In this document: positions 1 to 11,733 of the stretch, piece after piece
Layout of the letters: each line of letters begins with the position of its first letter
Position numbering within the stretch: position 1 is the stretch's first letter
DNA from: Lingula anatina
Lineage: Eukaryota; Animalia; Brachiopoda
Assembly (NCBI GenBank): GCA_051362555.1
Contig: CM120641.1
Span: forward strand, 8,866,001-8,930,000
Length of the DNA: 64,000 nt
Direction: 5' to 3'
Program-made: the position numbers and the translations under genes
The notes under the pieces: model-generated
Databases searched by the model: none
Seen by the model: only the letters and a program-made list of their open reading frames with translations
Told to the model about the DNA's origin: nothing

Positions 1-6
1 ATCTCC

Positions 7-999
7 CAGGGTTCCTTTTTGCGCCATTGGCGCGCACAGATTTGTAATGACGCACTTTTTCAATAGCAGTGCGTCCCAAGGGTGCATCAAAAATAAATAA
101 ATTTAAAAAAAGGAGTTTGTTTGTTCAACATATTTTAAACTGTTAAAATTGTGTATTTTTAAACCCACCAAAATTTTACTAAACTTGGAACAAGTGTCAG
201 TCGGGAAAACCGAACTTCAAAGTTCTAGTCTTACGTCAACTGCGTGCGTTCTCTGCATGGAGAGTACCTTCTCTGGGTAGAGAGTACACCGGAAGTTCAG
301 AGATGCCCGCGCCAAAAGTAAAGCAGCCGAAGCTTTCGTTTTTTTGGCATACGAGTAATGTACCAGATAGCGGACATACTAGTGGTAAAGTACCAGATAG
401 GGAGCCTCCACTAACTTCCGTTAAGAAGTTTCAGCAAAGTTGGCTGCAGAGATTCCCGTGGCTGCGCTTCGACAAGGAAAAGTCAACCACGTGGTGTGCA
501 CCATGCAAAAAGGCGGGCAAACGTAATACCATGGCCCTGGGGGTATCGTCCAACCTTCTCACCAGTACGCTCACCCGCCACGTTGGAATGACCAACCATG
601 TATGCGCTATCCAGTAACTTAAATAAATTTACTCTGGTTCGAATTCAATTAAAAAATGAGTGATTTTAACTTAAAAGTGTTTCCACGTGTGCAGCCTACT
701 TAGAGATGTACGCACTCGTACAGGGAGTTGAAATTATTTTGAGTTTCTTGTGCATTTGGCCTTGAGCAAGGTACTACGTTTTTGGTGGGATAAGCAGTCA
801 ATTAACCATATAATTATGTCTTCCATTTCTATTTGTGTTGTTTTGAATACAATTTGGTACTAGTAGTTTATTGCCAAGTTAATGTACTGTATGATGTAGA
901 AATCATTATGCAAAGTAATGGGATTGCATTTTAGTCATTTTAGTTTGAGTATCACTGATTGTTATTATGGACAAAATGATTAGTGAATTTTTAAGTGTC

Positions 1000-1049
<50 letters not shown>

Positions 1050-3150
1050 GGAAATAACCGCCCGTCCCAACGTCCTTGACGGTCTAATTTCATGGAGGAC
1101 GGGTAAAATTAATTTGGAGACCGTCCTGTGGTCGGGCCGCACTTTGAAGTCGTCAGTAGATCTGAGCGTGAAACATCGCGTCTTTCTTGATTTTGAGATT
1201 CACACATTTACTTATATATAAGTGTTTACAATATAAATCACATGAGCATTCCGAATATAGGAAAATAGGTCAATGATACGTCATTACATCGAGTACTTCC
1301 GACTTTTACCGCGGGAAAATTTCACTGCGATAAACCAATAAGTCACGTGAACATTCCAAATATAGGGATATAGGTCAGTGATATGTCATTAAATGACTTA
1401 CTCTCGACTTTTGTCGCGGGAAGATTCGCTGCAATAAGCCAATCAAATGCAAGGTAACATCGGTAATATGATAAAGAAGACAATATGGTGAGCTAATGTA
1501 GCGTAAATTCACGATGCCTTAAATTTTTGCATCCTTTAACGAAGGGTCCATTTTTATATTTCTTCCTTGACAAAAGCGGGCCATAAATGGGTATAAACGG
1601 ATATAAAATTTGACGGTTTTCGTTACATATCAGCCAACTAAACTCTGCTTTCCAACTTGGAACAATCGTCCGCTGCCTCTTATTTTGGTCGTAGTCTTTA
1701 CGGACCTCCGTCGCTGGTCGCTTTTCATGATTTTTTTCAGGAAGACCAAGAAACTTTCGTTGCATGTCGGTGCTTCTAAAGACGTAGAAGTTCAAATGTA
1801 CGCTACATTAGTTTGCCACATTGTCTTCTTTATCATATTACCAATGTCACCACTCATTTGTAACCCATTTAAGTCAGGTAAAATATGCAGTAAATTTATT
1901 GGAGAAAGATTTTTATTAAATACTGAAAAAAAATTTTGTATAGTACTAGTTAAAATGCCTTATGATGAAGGAAATCCAAACGTATGCTTTTTTTTCACAC
2001 TTGCTGATACAGCAGAGTGTGAACGTGGGTTTTCCCAGTTGAAAATAATCAAGAATCAATATAAGAACAAGTTGAAAGCATAATCTATGATTCTGCTACT
2101 GTCAATCCAGCTACATTCAAGCACAATTCAAGAACTTGTCCCCAAACCAGCAATAACTCAGTGGAGCACTGGGGCAAGAAGGCCAACTTTCATGGAAAGA
2201 TGCAAGCCCAAATCTGCTGTTGACCACTTTGAGGAGATTATTGTTGATGTGGAGAAGGGTAAAAGGGAGGGCACCAGCGTTCAGGTGCCAAGTGAGCAAC
2301 CATCAAAATCTATTGACTCGGGCTACGAGTCGGATTTTCAGATATGGAAGAGAGGGATGATAATGACTACAGTGAATCTGGTGGAGATTATTAAGGGAAT
2401 TTATTTAGCAAAAATCTCATGAGTAAATGCAGTTTTTTTTTTTCAATTAAAGGGATAATAACTCTTCAAATGAGATCTATATTTCACAATAAAAACATTG
2501 TGAATAACTCATAGAAATATAATATATTCTGTTTTACCACAAAAATGGCAATTATAGCTATTATTCTGATATCTGAGCTTGTCTTTAGACCACGTGACCT
2601 CCATTGATGGCTATACTCTGTTAAAATCTCTTAAGAGATTTTAACAAAAAACCAAACTTTAAAGAAAAAAACCAGGGACAAACTTTGAATGTAAACATGG
2701 ATTCATTAATCATTGGTAAGTATGGGAAAATTGGTGTTTACTCCAGGAAAATTCATTTTTTGGCCGAAACGAAGAATTATTATCCCTTTAACATTTTGAA
2801 GATTCAAACAGAATGACTTGATCTTTGGTCAAGTGAGGTTTTCATATACCAGGACAGGCACTGTGACTTGCAGTTGACATTCATCAATTTTATTCACCAA
2901 ACTGATACTGTTTTACTTGCAAGCTGCTACTGCTTACCATGCCAATGATTTGATAGTTCAGTTTTGAATTTTAATGCTCCTTTCATGAAAATTTGCAGTG
3001 ATGTAGATACTTCAGTTAAATTAAAATACTTGTTCTTCAGTACTGACTGTATTGACTGTGGTGCATTTTGTTTCTGTCAAATGGTTTTGCTATAATTTTG
3101 TTTTAATAGATATTTGGCAAGGTGCATATATATATATTTATTTTATTTTA

Positions 3151-3222
<72 letters not shown>

Positions 3223-3502
3223 AATCCATGATGTATGGGTGGGGGGACAGACCATAACTGAATATAAAAATAAATTTGATTCTTTGGTATCAAGACAGCA
3301 CTGGTATTATGAGTTTTATTTATGAAGTTTGAAAGAAAACAACATTCAAAAATGTCTTGAATTATTAAATTTAGTCATACATGCACTGTATTATCATAAT
3401 TCTCTCGATTTTATGAGGACAGGTTGGTTTATGGTAGGACAGGTAACTTTCAAGAGTAAGCTGTCCTGCTGTCTGGTTGAATTTTAGGAGGAGTTTCCAA
3501 CC

Positions 3503-3537
<35 letters not shown>

Positions 3538-3945
3538 GTAATTGACAAAGTAAGTACGCAGCATTACTGAATTGCAATGCTTATTTTAACAGGTACCAAA
3601 GGAACAGGTGTACATGAACACAGCAACTACCAAAGCCCTGAATACGCAAGAGAAGGCCATCATGACAGCGATGAAAGCAGTGTTTGCAATGGCCAAGGAG
3701 TGTATTCCACTTTCTAAGTACAGTTCTTCAATGAACTTTCTCCAAGCAGTAGAAGTTCCAGATACAGGTCAGCTGAAGTGCAGCAGTGCAGTCTCATACT
3801 GCTGCAGTTACTGCAACTGACATACTTGATGTTTTATCTTGTTTAATTGATGAAAACATTACACAACAGATTCACCAGTCATTGCTGTCTTATGTGATGA
3901 AAGTGTAGATATTTTAGTTCCCCATAAATTGGTAATCCACTAACT
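7..3945 (+). mobile_element. Decayed hAT (ZNF862-like) transposon in the kinase gene intron, outer element
   Basis: Starts CAGGGTTCC at 7. TTF-type zinc finger KFQQSWLQRFPWL...WCAPC...LTRH at 303-617. DUF4371-like segment KECIPLSKY...SPVIAVLCDESVDI at 3592-3935, with stops and frameshifts. Confidence 0.7.
1043..3505 (+). mobile_element. Internally deleted hAT element nested in a (TA)n microsatellite of the outer hAT
   Basis: Termini CAGAGTTGGAAA and TTTCCAACCCTG with (TA)n on both flanks. hAT dimerisation motif TAECERGFSQLKIIKN at about 2009-2080 (+). Zinc-finger remnant SWKAEFSWL...GPFVKGCKN on the minus strand at 1493-1795. Confidence 0.8.
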
Positions 3946-4001
3946 TTAGCCCCCAAAACCATGTGTAAAACCATGTGTAAAAAAAAACAAATGCTACTTA
4001 C

Positions 4002-4913
4002 CTTTAAAGACTTCTCCAAAGCCACCACTTCCAAGAGAATTTTCGCTGCAGTATTCCTTCATCTTTTCAACACTCATGTACTCAAGCACTGTCCCACTAT
4101 CCCAACTGTCTTCTGCTACAGGTGGGCTGGGCATAGAATCCTGTGCTTGCTCTGGGAACTTAAGGCTACTCTCATCTTCAGGGTGGCTAACTAACAGCAT
4201 ATGATGTTGTCCATCACCCCTTTCCAAGGGAGTGCATGCAGGATGTGTATCAACATCGTCTACTTTTGGACTAATGGACAATTTGGCCATTATGTGCTCC
4301 AGACCTAAACTGTCGATAAGTCTCAAATAATCTTCAGAGAACTCTTTATGCATTTTGGACTTAATATCATTTCTGTGAATTTGTTCCATCAATTGCTGCA
4401 GCCTGCTGTCATCAGTTTCAGAAATGATATCTTTTTTTAACATAGCAGTGAACAACTGAAGAGGTGAATCAATGTTATCTTTTTCTTGGCCCTTAATTTC
4501 ATCTAAAAGAAGGTATTTCATATTATTCAAATCATCAGAAGTCAGCATTTTAGAAACAGAGAACAAAGTAAATATATGTTTGCTAAATGGTTTGCAGTCT
4601 TTGCTTTGCAGCAGAATTCCATGGTTACTGTAAAAGTCCTTTATTTTCTTTACAAGATCCTTTCTCTCAATCTGTTCTAAGCATAGCACCAGCAGTGTGA
4701 AATGACTGCATTCAAGCAAATATCTTTTTTCCATTTCCTCAAAAAGCTTTCTAGGTTTTACAATGTCCTGGAGGACACCAGCACTAATGAAGTCTGTCAT
4801 GAGAAATTTGAGTCCTTCTACATCCTTTTCTCCCAATTGTGAAGCTACATCGTTCAACAGCCATCTGTAGTCAGCTAATGATAGTGTTTTCTTATCCAAG
4901 TGGGGTTCTTCAG
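4002..4913 (-). CDS. Exon encoding two tandem death effector domains, a linker and a kinase glycine-rich loop
   Basis: DED1 YRWLLNDVASQLGEKDVEGLKFL...LFEEMEKR...IERKDLVKKI has the FL and RxDL motifs. DED2 is LFSVSKMLTSDDLNNMKYLL...SPLQLFTAMLKKDII...IHRNDI. The exon ends YCSENSLGSGGFGEVFKG, resembling IRAK/Pelle subdomain I (FSxxNxxGxGGFGxVYKG). Canonical splice sites lie on both sides. Confidence 0.9.
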
Positions 4914-7900
4914 CTGAATAGGATAATCAACAAGGCAGCAAAGCTGTCAAATGTACAGACAAAAAACAGGAAATAACTATGCACAAAATAGGCTACTGTC
5001 AATTCTGTTGCAAAAATACATTATGTTAAATTGCAAATTCAACATCAAATTTTAATTATCCTCAACAGGTAATACCAATGTAATTAAAATATGTGACAAG
5101 TTTACACTTTGAAAATGTATAACTTCCAGAAAAAGAAGTTCCTTAGACTGCTTTTCCAACTCAGACTGCATTTTAGTCCTGTATTTCTTTTTTGAAAGTT
5201 TGGCAATCATAAGTAACATGGTTTTCCCCATAATGGTCATCATGGCAGCAGCACCCAAAATTGTGTTTTCTTCTATTCTGATGCAATATTACATAATGGT
5301 GAACAGCATAATAACTCAATTTTAATAATAAAATATACGTATCATGGATTTTCAGAAAATGTGACTAGCATGGGTCTTCAAGCCTGTGGAACTTCAAAGT
5401 CACACCTTGAAAATGCCAATATGTGAAAAATTAAATTTTCACAAAATAACTGTTTAACTGGCAGCAAGAATTACCAAACAGACTGTATTTCCTACTGAAG
5501 CTGTGTTTTAGTCCCATGTTTCTTTCCTGTAAGTTTGAGAACAGTAAATGACATGGTTTTTCTTAAATGGTCATCATGGAAGCAGTGACCAAAATAGTTT
5601 TTTTTTTTCAAATTTTGATGCAATATTACATAATGCTTAACAGCATAATGACCATCAACTTTAATAATAAAATATTAGTATTATGGATATTCAGAAAATG
5701 TGACTAGCAAAGGTCTTCAGGCCCATGGAACTTCAAAGTCACAACTTGAAAATGCCAAAATGTAAACAAGACAGCACTGTTCTGAAATGTTTTTTTTTTC
5801 CATTTTTAACAATTTTTAACATAAAACAAAATTATCAGTTTTCTGCTGTTTTTATATGATAAACTAAGAAAATTGATGAGATGGGAAAAATATCAACAGA
5901 GCAGTGTTAAATGTCCAATCTCTTCCATTCTGAGATTCTGAACATAGTGAATGATTGAATCTGACAAACTGCAATGATATGAGTTTATTTCCATTTTTGA
6001 AACTTTATTACACAATACATGATAACAAGTTTACCATCATTTTTACATAATCAACTAATAATGTTGTAAAATTGCAGGAAATGCCAAACAAACACTTTTA
6101 CATATCTTATTAGTTCAATAATGAAACTGTTTACATGCCTAAGAATTAAATCTGAGGAAATGTGAAAAAACTGCATTTCTTTAAAATAATGGCCCGATTA
6201 TGCTGATTTTTGAACTCAACCTGCGTTTTAGCAGGAATGACCACTCCTGTGAGTTTAATGACAATTGGCCTATCTGTTTTTCTTATATTGTGTTTACAGT
6301 GTTGCATATATGCTGAAAAGTGAAAAAAAAGCATAACTACTAAAATAGTGGCCCGATCATGCCGATTTTCGGACTTGACCTGCATTTTATGAATATTCAT
6401 CAGCTCTGTAAATATACAGCCAAAAAGTAAAACTGCCTTCCACTTATCGTGTTTACAATGAAAGTGCATGGCGCCGGCGACAGCGACAGCGATGGCAACG
6501 ACGACGACAACAGACACAGGTGATGGCAAAATGGACAGACACATCTGTACATATTAACTGTACTGTTTGAGAACAGTAAGTGACATGGTTTTTCTTAAAT
6601 GGTCATCATGGGAGCAGTGCCCAAAATAGGTTTTTTTCAAATTTTGATGCAATATTACATAATGTTTAACAGCATAATGATCATCAATTTTTAATAATAA
6701 AATATTAGTATCATGGACAAATAGTAAACGTGACTAACAAAGGTTTTTAGGCCGATGGAACTTCAAAGTCACACCTTCAAAATGCCAAAATGTAAACAAG
6801 ACTGCACTGTTCTAAAATGGGTTTATTTCCATTTTTAACACTTTTTTAACATAAAACAAAATTAATAGGTTACTGCCATTTTTATAAGATCAACTAAGAA
6901 AATTGATGAGATGTGAAAAATATCAATAGAACAGTGTTAAATGTCCAATTTCTTCCATTCTGAGATTCTGAACATAGTGAATGATTAAATCTGACAAACT
7001 GCAATGATATGAGTTTATTTCCATTTTTGACACTTTATTACACAATACACGATAACAAGTTTACCATCATTTTTACATAATCAACTAACAATGTTGTAAA
7101 GATGCAGGAAATGTCAAACAAACACTTTTACGTATCTTATTTCTTAAATAATAAGGCTATTAACATGCCTAAGAATTAAATCTGAGGAAATCTGAGGAAA
7201 TGTGAAAAAACAGCATAACTTCTAAAATAATGCCCCGATTATGCTGATTTTCGAACTCAACCTGCGTTCTAGTAAGACTGACCATTCCTGTGAGTTTAAT
7301 GACAATTGGGCTTACTGTTTTTCTTATATTGTGTTTACAGTGTTGCATATATGCTGAACAATGAAAAAAACGCATAACTACTAAAATGGTAGCCCGATCA
7401 TGCTGATTTTCGAACTTGACCTGCGTTTTAGTAAGATTAATTATTCCTGTGAGTGTCATGACAACAGGCCTAACGGTTTTCCTTAAAATGTGTTTACAAG
7501 GTTGCATATATCCTGAAAAGTGAAAAAACAGCATAACTTTCACAATAATGGCCCGATCATGCTGATTTTCGAACTTGACCTGCGTTTTATGAATATTCAT
7601 CAGCTCTGTAAATATAAAGCCAAAAAGTAAAACTGCCTTCCACTTATCGTGTTTACAAGGAAAGTGCACGGCGACGGCATCGGCATCGGCGACGGCGACG
7701 ACAGACGCAGGTGATGGCAATATGTACAGACACAATTGTGTCTGTACATAAAAATGACATAGGTGTGGTGTCACATGGTAACCTACCCGACAATGTTTTA
7801 AACTTTTAACTAATTTGCTAAATTAACGATAACTTTAATTTTCCCATCACATAAAATATGAAATTATTTCAAGGACACACAATATCAAATGCTCAGATCG

Positions 7901-10699
7901 AATTGATTTGTTCTGAATCCCTCAAGTAATGGAAGTTAAACTGACTGCATACATTAATATCTATCAAACACTAGAGGATCAGAGAGGCGATACCGCCTCC
8001 GGATATTGTACCACCAGCTGGAGTAAGCGCAATCGTATGGAAAACCAAAAAAAAAAAAAAAAGGGACACCACCTCCAGTCTTATGCTTAACAAGCTCTAT
8101 AAAATGAAATCAACAAGAGTTCTCAAAATATTAAAAAAAAAAAAAAAAGAAAAAAAACAACATAACTAAAAATGGTCCAATCATGCAGATTTTGGAATTG
8201 ACCTGTATTTTCCTAACATTGATCACTCCTGTGATTTTCTAGACAATAGACCTATTGGTTTTCCTTGAAATGTGTTATCATTGTTGCATCTGTAGTATGC
8301 TGACAAAAGAGTAAACCTTGGGCAACACTATGGGCATATCTCTGCTAGTTTTGAAGATATGAGGGGCAAGAAAATATGCAAAGTTAAGTTCTTGGTGAAA
8401 AAGTAGGTCAAAGGTCAATTTCAAAGTCACAGTATATGACTTCCTATTCAAGTTCAATAGTAACCATGGGAATTTCTTTGCCAATTTTGGAGATATAAAT
8501 GCCAGAAAACATGCAAGGTGCAGTTCATCATAAAAAGTAGGTCAAAGCTCAATTTCAAGTTCATAGTTAGATTGCCAGTATATGACTTCCTATTCAAGTT
8601 CAACAGTAACTTTGGGTGTATCTCTGCCAGTTTTCGAGATATAAAGGATAGAAAATTTGCAAAGTTCAGTTCATGGTGAAAATTAGGTCAAAGGTCAGTT
8701 TCAGGGTCACAGTTAGATTGCAAGTATATGACTTCCTAATCAAGTTCAATAGTAACTATGGTCGTATCTTTGCCAGTTTTGGAGATATGAAGATCAGAAA
8801 AATTGCAAAGTGCAGTTCATAATGAAAAGTAGGTCAAAGGTCAATTTCAAGGTCACAGTTAGATTGCAAGTATATGACTTCCTAATCAAGTTCAATAGTA
8901 ACTATGGTCGTATCTTTGCCAGTTTTGGAGATATGAAGATCAGAAAAATTGCAAAGTGCAGTTCATAATGAAAAGTAGGTCAAAGGTCAATTTCAAGGTC
9001 ACAGTTAGATTGCCAGTATATGACTTCCTGTTCAAGTTCAATAGGAACTATGGGCATATTTCTGCTAATTTTGGAGTAATTCACATTTTATTTTCACCAC
9101 TGAATCTTGCGTTATACTTTTTTATATAGCGCAACGCCTAAACCATATCGAAAACAAAAACGTGGACACCACCTCCAGTATTGTGCTTGACAAGTCCTAC
9201 AAATTGCAAAATTCAAAAGGTCTCTGGCATTTACGGTTCCAGAATTTGAGAGAGTTTTCAGTTTCATATCTAATGGCCGCTTCTCCCATAAAAATGCACC
9301 TATTGACCCCAAACTCTCAAAGATGAAAGGAGACCCTGATTGTAACCCCTCACCATAATATGAGAGCTTAGGTCTGTGTAGTTTCTGAAAATTGGTACAA
9401 ACAAATATTTTTTTGCAGAAAAGTCCCATTTTTAGAAAATTTTGGCCCGTTTGACCTTGAAATAGAGGTCAAAAGTCAAATCTCAGGGCATATTTGGAAT
9501 CTACACATATGACTTTCGGTCAGACTTCTGTAGTAATTTTTCCCATAATTCCTTCGGTTTGGGAGATATTTAGCATTGAATTTTCCAAAATTTTGACAAG
9601 GGTGCGTTTCAACGAGCGTCACGCCCAGGCCAAAGCACCGACTGAGACAAAAATACCAGGGGGTTCAAGTTGAGATTATATGTGACCTAAATCCAAGAGA
9701 TGGGGACACGGGTCCTTGCGGTCTAGGAGGAGAAGCGGTAACGGTGACTTGTATCCCACGACACCCTGCGGAGCCAACGGAGCCGGCGGAGCTCACGGAG
9801 CCGGCGGAGCCGGCGGAGCCGGCGGAGCTTACGGAGCCGTACGAGACGGGTCGAGACTAAAACCATGAGTACCGCCAGCGTACACGCTGGTGGTACTAAT
9901 AATGAGCTCATTTGCTTACAATATACTACTTGATAAATTTAAGGAATGTGTGCATGTGCACTTGCACGCACTTAACAAAAAGTGACAATACTTTTTCTAT
10001 ATAAAATAATGTTGCATTTAGTAAGCCAATGAACCTAAAAAGTTCATAAAAAGTTAATAGAACCCCATTATTGGTACCAGGTTATTGAAATCTGTACAGG
10101 GAGTATACCTTATCTATTCAAACCTACCCATAGTTTGATCAGCATCCATAGCTGGGCAAGTATCCATCATTTTTCCAGCTGGACTTTGAGCCATCCTGTT
10201 TGCTATTTTCCTGAGATCCTTCTCTTCAGCAACTGGGTTGTCTCCAAATATCTGATGAACAGCATGCACTGTTGAAATCTGTTCTGGGAGTCCCTCAGCC
10301 TTTACATCAGCTCCCAAAATAGCCAAGGGAATCAGGGTGTCATTTTCTAAATGTTCCTTCAGTAGGACCTGCCCACAGTATTTTTTCCATGCACCAAATA
10401 CAGGACTTATTACTATGATAATCCATTTTGTATTTTTGCTAAGTTTAGATAATGCAGTAAAGATGTTATGGCCAGGGAGCAAATCCCTGTCCTCATAATA
10501 ACCTTTCAAACTATACTTGGATTCTAAATCACAAACTAATTTCTTAACAAAAATTTCAGTTTTTCTTACTAGATTACAGTTCAGGCATTCCTTAGTTTTT
10601 CTGCAATTTTTGCCATTTTGATGATCCTGCAGAGATTCATAAATCACAGCAAAGTCAATAACAGGAACAACTTTGGGCGTTGTTCAAGAGCAGTCTCAT
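4002..10699 (-). CDS. TIR-DED-DED-protein kinase (IRAK/Pelle-like) multidomain innate-immune signalling gene; 3' part of the kinase not found in the window
   Basis: The TIR exon (acceptor at 10737, donor ATGG|GTAGGT after 10128, phase 1) joins in frame to the DED exon (acceptor TTCAG|CT at 4913, needs phase 1; junction G+CT=Ala). That exon ends at AAAG|GTAAGT after 4002 inside kinase subdomain I. The intervening intron is almost all repeats and no competing exon was seen. The ATG at 10699 is in frame only if one extra T at 10657-10658 is removed. Confidence 0.72.
4929..7754 (+). mobile_element. Helentron-type non-autonomous element (HINE family A), internally duplicated
   Basis: Starts AACAAGGCAGC with sub-terminal TGTACAGACA. 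Contains internal approximately 160-bp repeats, a (CGG/CGA)-type microsatellite and a terminal hairpin ATGTACAGACAC..GTGTCTGTACAT followed by AAAAA. The same family occurs at 15.8-18.3 kb and 32.3-33.4 kb. Confidence 0.7.
7967..9902 (+). mobile_element. Second HINE-like family (B) with approximately 146-bp tandem array
   Basis: 5' GTACCACCAGC (about 8009) is echoed in the 3' hairpin GTACCGCCAGCGTACACGCTGGTGGTAC. GTATATGACTTCC recurs at about 8432, 8578, 8724, 8870 and 9016. CGGAGC(CGG) microsatellite at 9768-9840. Confidence 0.68.
10128..10699 (-). CDS. Exon encoding a TIR domain (MyD88/TLR-type BB loop)
   Basis: Box1-like (Y)DFAVIYES, alphaA FVKKLVCDLESKYSLKGYY, box2 EDRDLLPG, betaC WIIIVISPVF, betaD LIPLAI. 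Acceptor TTCCAG before 10737, donor after 10128. Confidence 0.85.
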
Positions 10700-11131
10700 A
10701 ACTGGCCCAGCTTCTCAATTTCTGTTGATCAAGCAACCTGGAAGAAAACAGCAAATGTACTGAGCTTGTTCTAAACTTGTGATAAGTATGTTTCTGCATC
10801 TAATTTAGCATGTTAACCCTCTTATTAAGACTCACTAATTCCACAATAAATTATTTTAAATTAATAAGTAAATCAAGAAATTTTTAGTTTTAAAAAGCAC
10901 AAAAATACTGAGGAATACACAAGTCAAAAAATCACATATCAAATTTTGTATCAACTTCTGGCTTAAATGTGTTCAATAATTTAGTTAAGGAGCACCCCAG
11001 CCCAGTTACATTTTACTCGAGGTGACTTACTGTTCAGTTTACCACCCTCTGACCACCAAAAGCATCTGGTCTGTTTGATAAGTTACAAAAATTGCAAGTG
11101 CATGCTACAGGGTATTCAGCAAATTTACAAA

Positions 11132-11181
<50 letters not shown>

Positions 11182-11211
11182 AGGGAGGGAGAAGCTCATG
11201 TAGTGTACTAC

Positions 11212-11376
11212 CTTATTCTTCAGGTGCTCACCACACCCATTTAATTATGCCTGAAAAACTTCAGCCCCATCCAGTTGCAACTGAGCAAGAAAATGGACAC
11301 AGGTATGACAACAGGAGTCAACAGCAGGTAGTAGCACACTGAAGGTGGTTCAAAGCAATGGTTCAAAAACTTGGCC
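11212..11376 (-). other. Probable non-coding 5'UTR exon of the TIR-DED-kinase gene
   Basis: Bounded by TTTCAG| and AAG|GTAG on the minus strand. All three frames contain stops. Confidence 0.45.
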
Positions 11377-11733
11377 TGAAATTAAATCAAAACATACTCC
11401 ATTCCAAAGATCAAAATGACTAATCTGTGATTTCCATAGACATCTTATCTGATATCATCACAATTTGCACCCAAGAATTATCTGAACTCATTCAAAAACA
11501 ATGACTTTATTATCAGTGACCACTTCATGTGAAAACAGATGACATAAACCACCATGAAAGGCAACGAGTATATTTTGACCAACCCACTTAAAAGCAATGC
11601 TGCATAATCCCCTATTGGATTCCCCACCTCCCTCATGCACCATCCCTTGACAGTAAGAACATCCCATTGTAATCTCAATGATTTTTACCAAATGTCAAGC
11701 TCTTTTATTTTAAATCTGGAACTTTCTCTACCT

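Noticed and set aside
303-617. Domesticated ZNF862-like host gene
   Set aside because: Downstream transposase segments contain stops and frameshifts and are truncated, which fits a decayed transposon.
1-3990. Further kinase exons on the minus strand
   Set aside because: No VAVK, HRD or DFG-like minus-strand exon was found. The region is explained by hAT relics, so the rest of the kinase presumably lies outside the window.
6146-7774. Paralogous-looking ORFs (MCLYILPSPASVV...[13 protein letters not shown]) at 6146, 7169, 15848, 17490, 17980 and 33295
   Set aside because: They are antisense read-throughs of the HINE terminal microsatellite and tandem units. Frames differ and break between copies, and no protein motif is present.
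9723-9911. Arg/Leu-rich ORF resembling a cationic antimicrobial peptide precursor
   Set aside because: It is the translation of the CGGAGCCGG microsatellite at the end of HINE family B.
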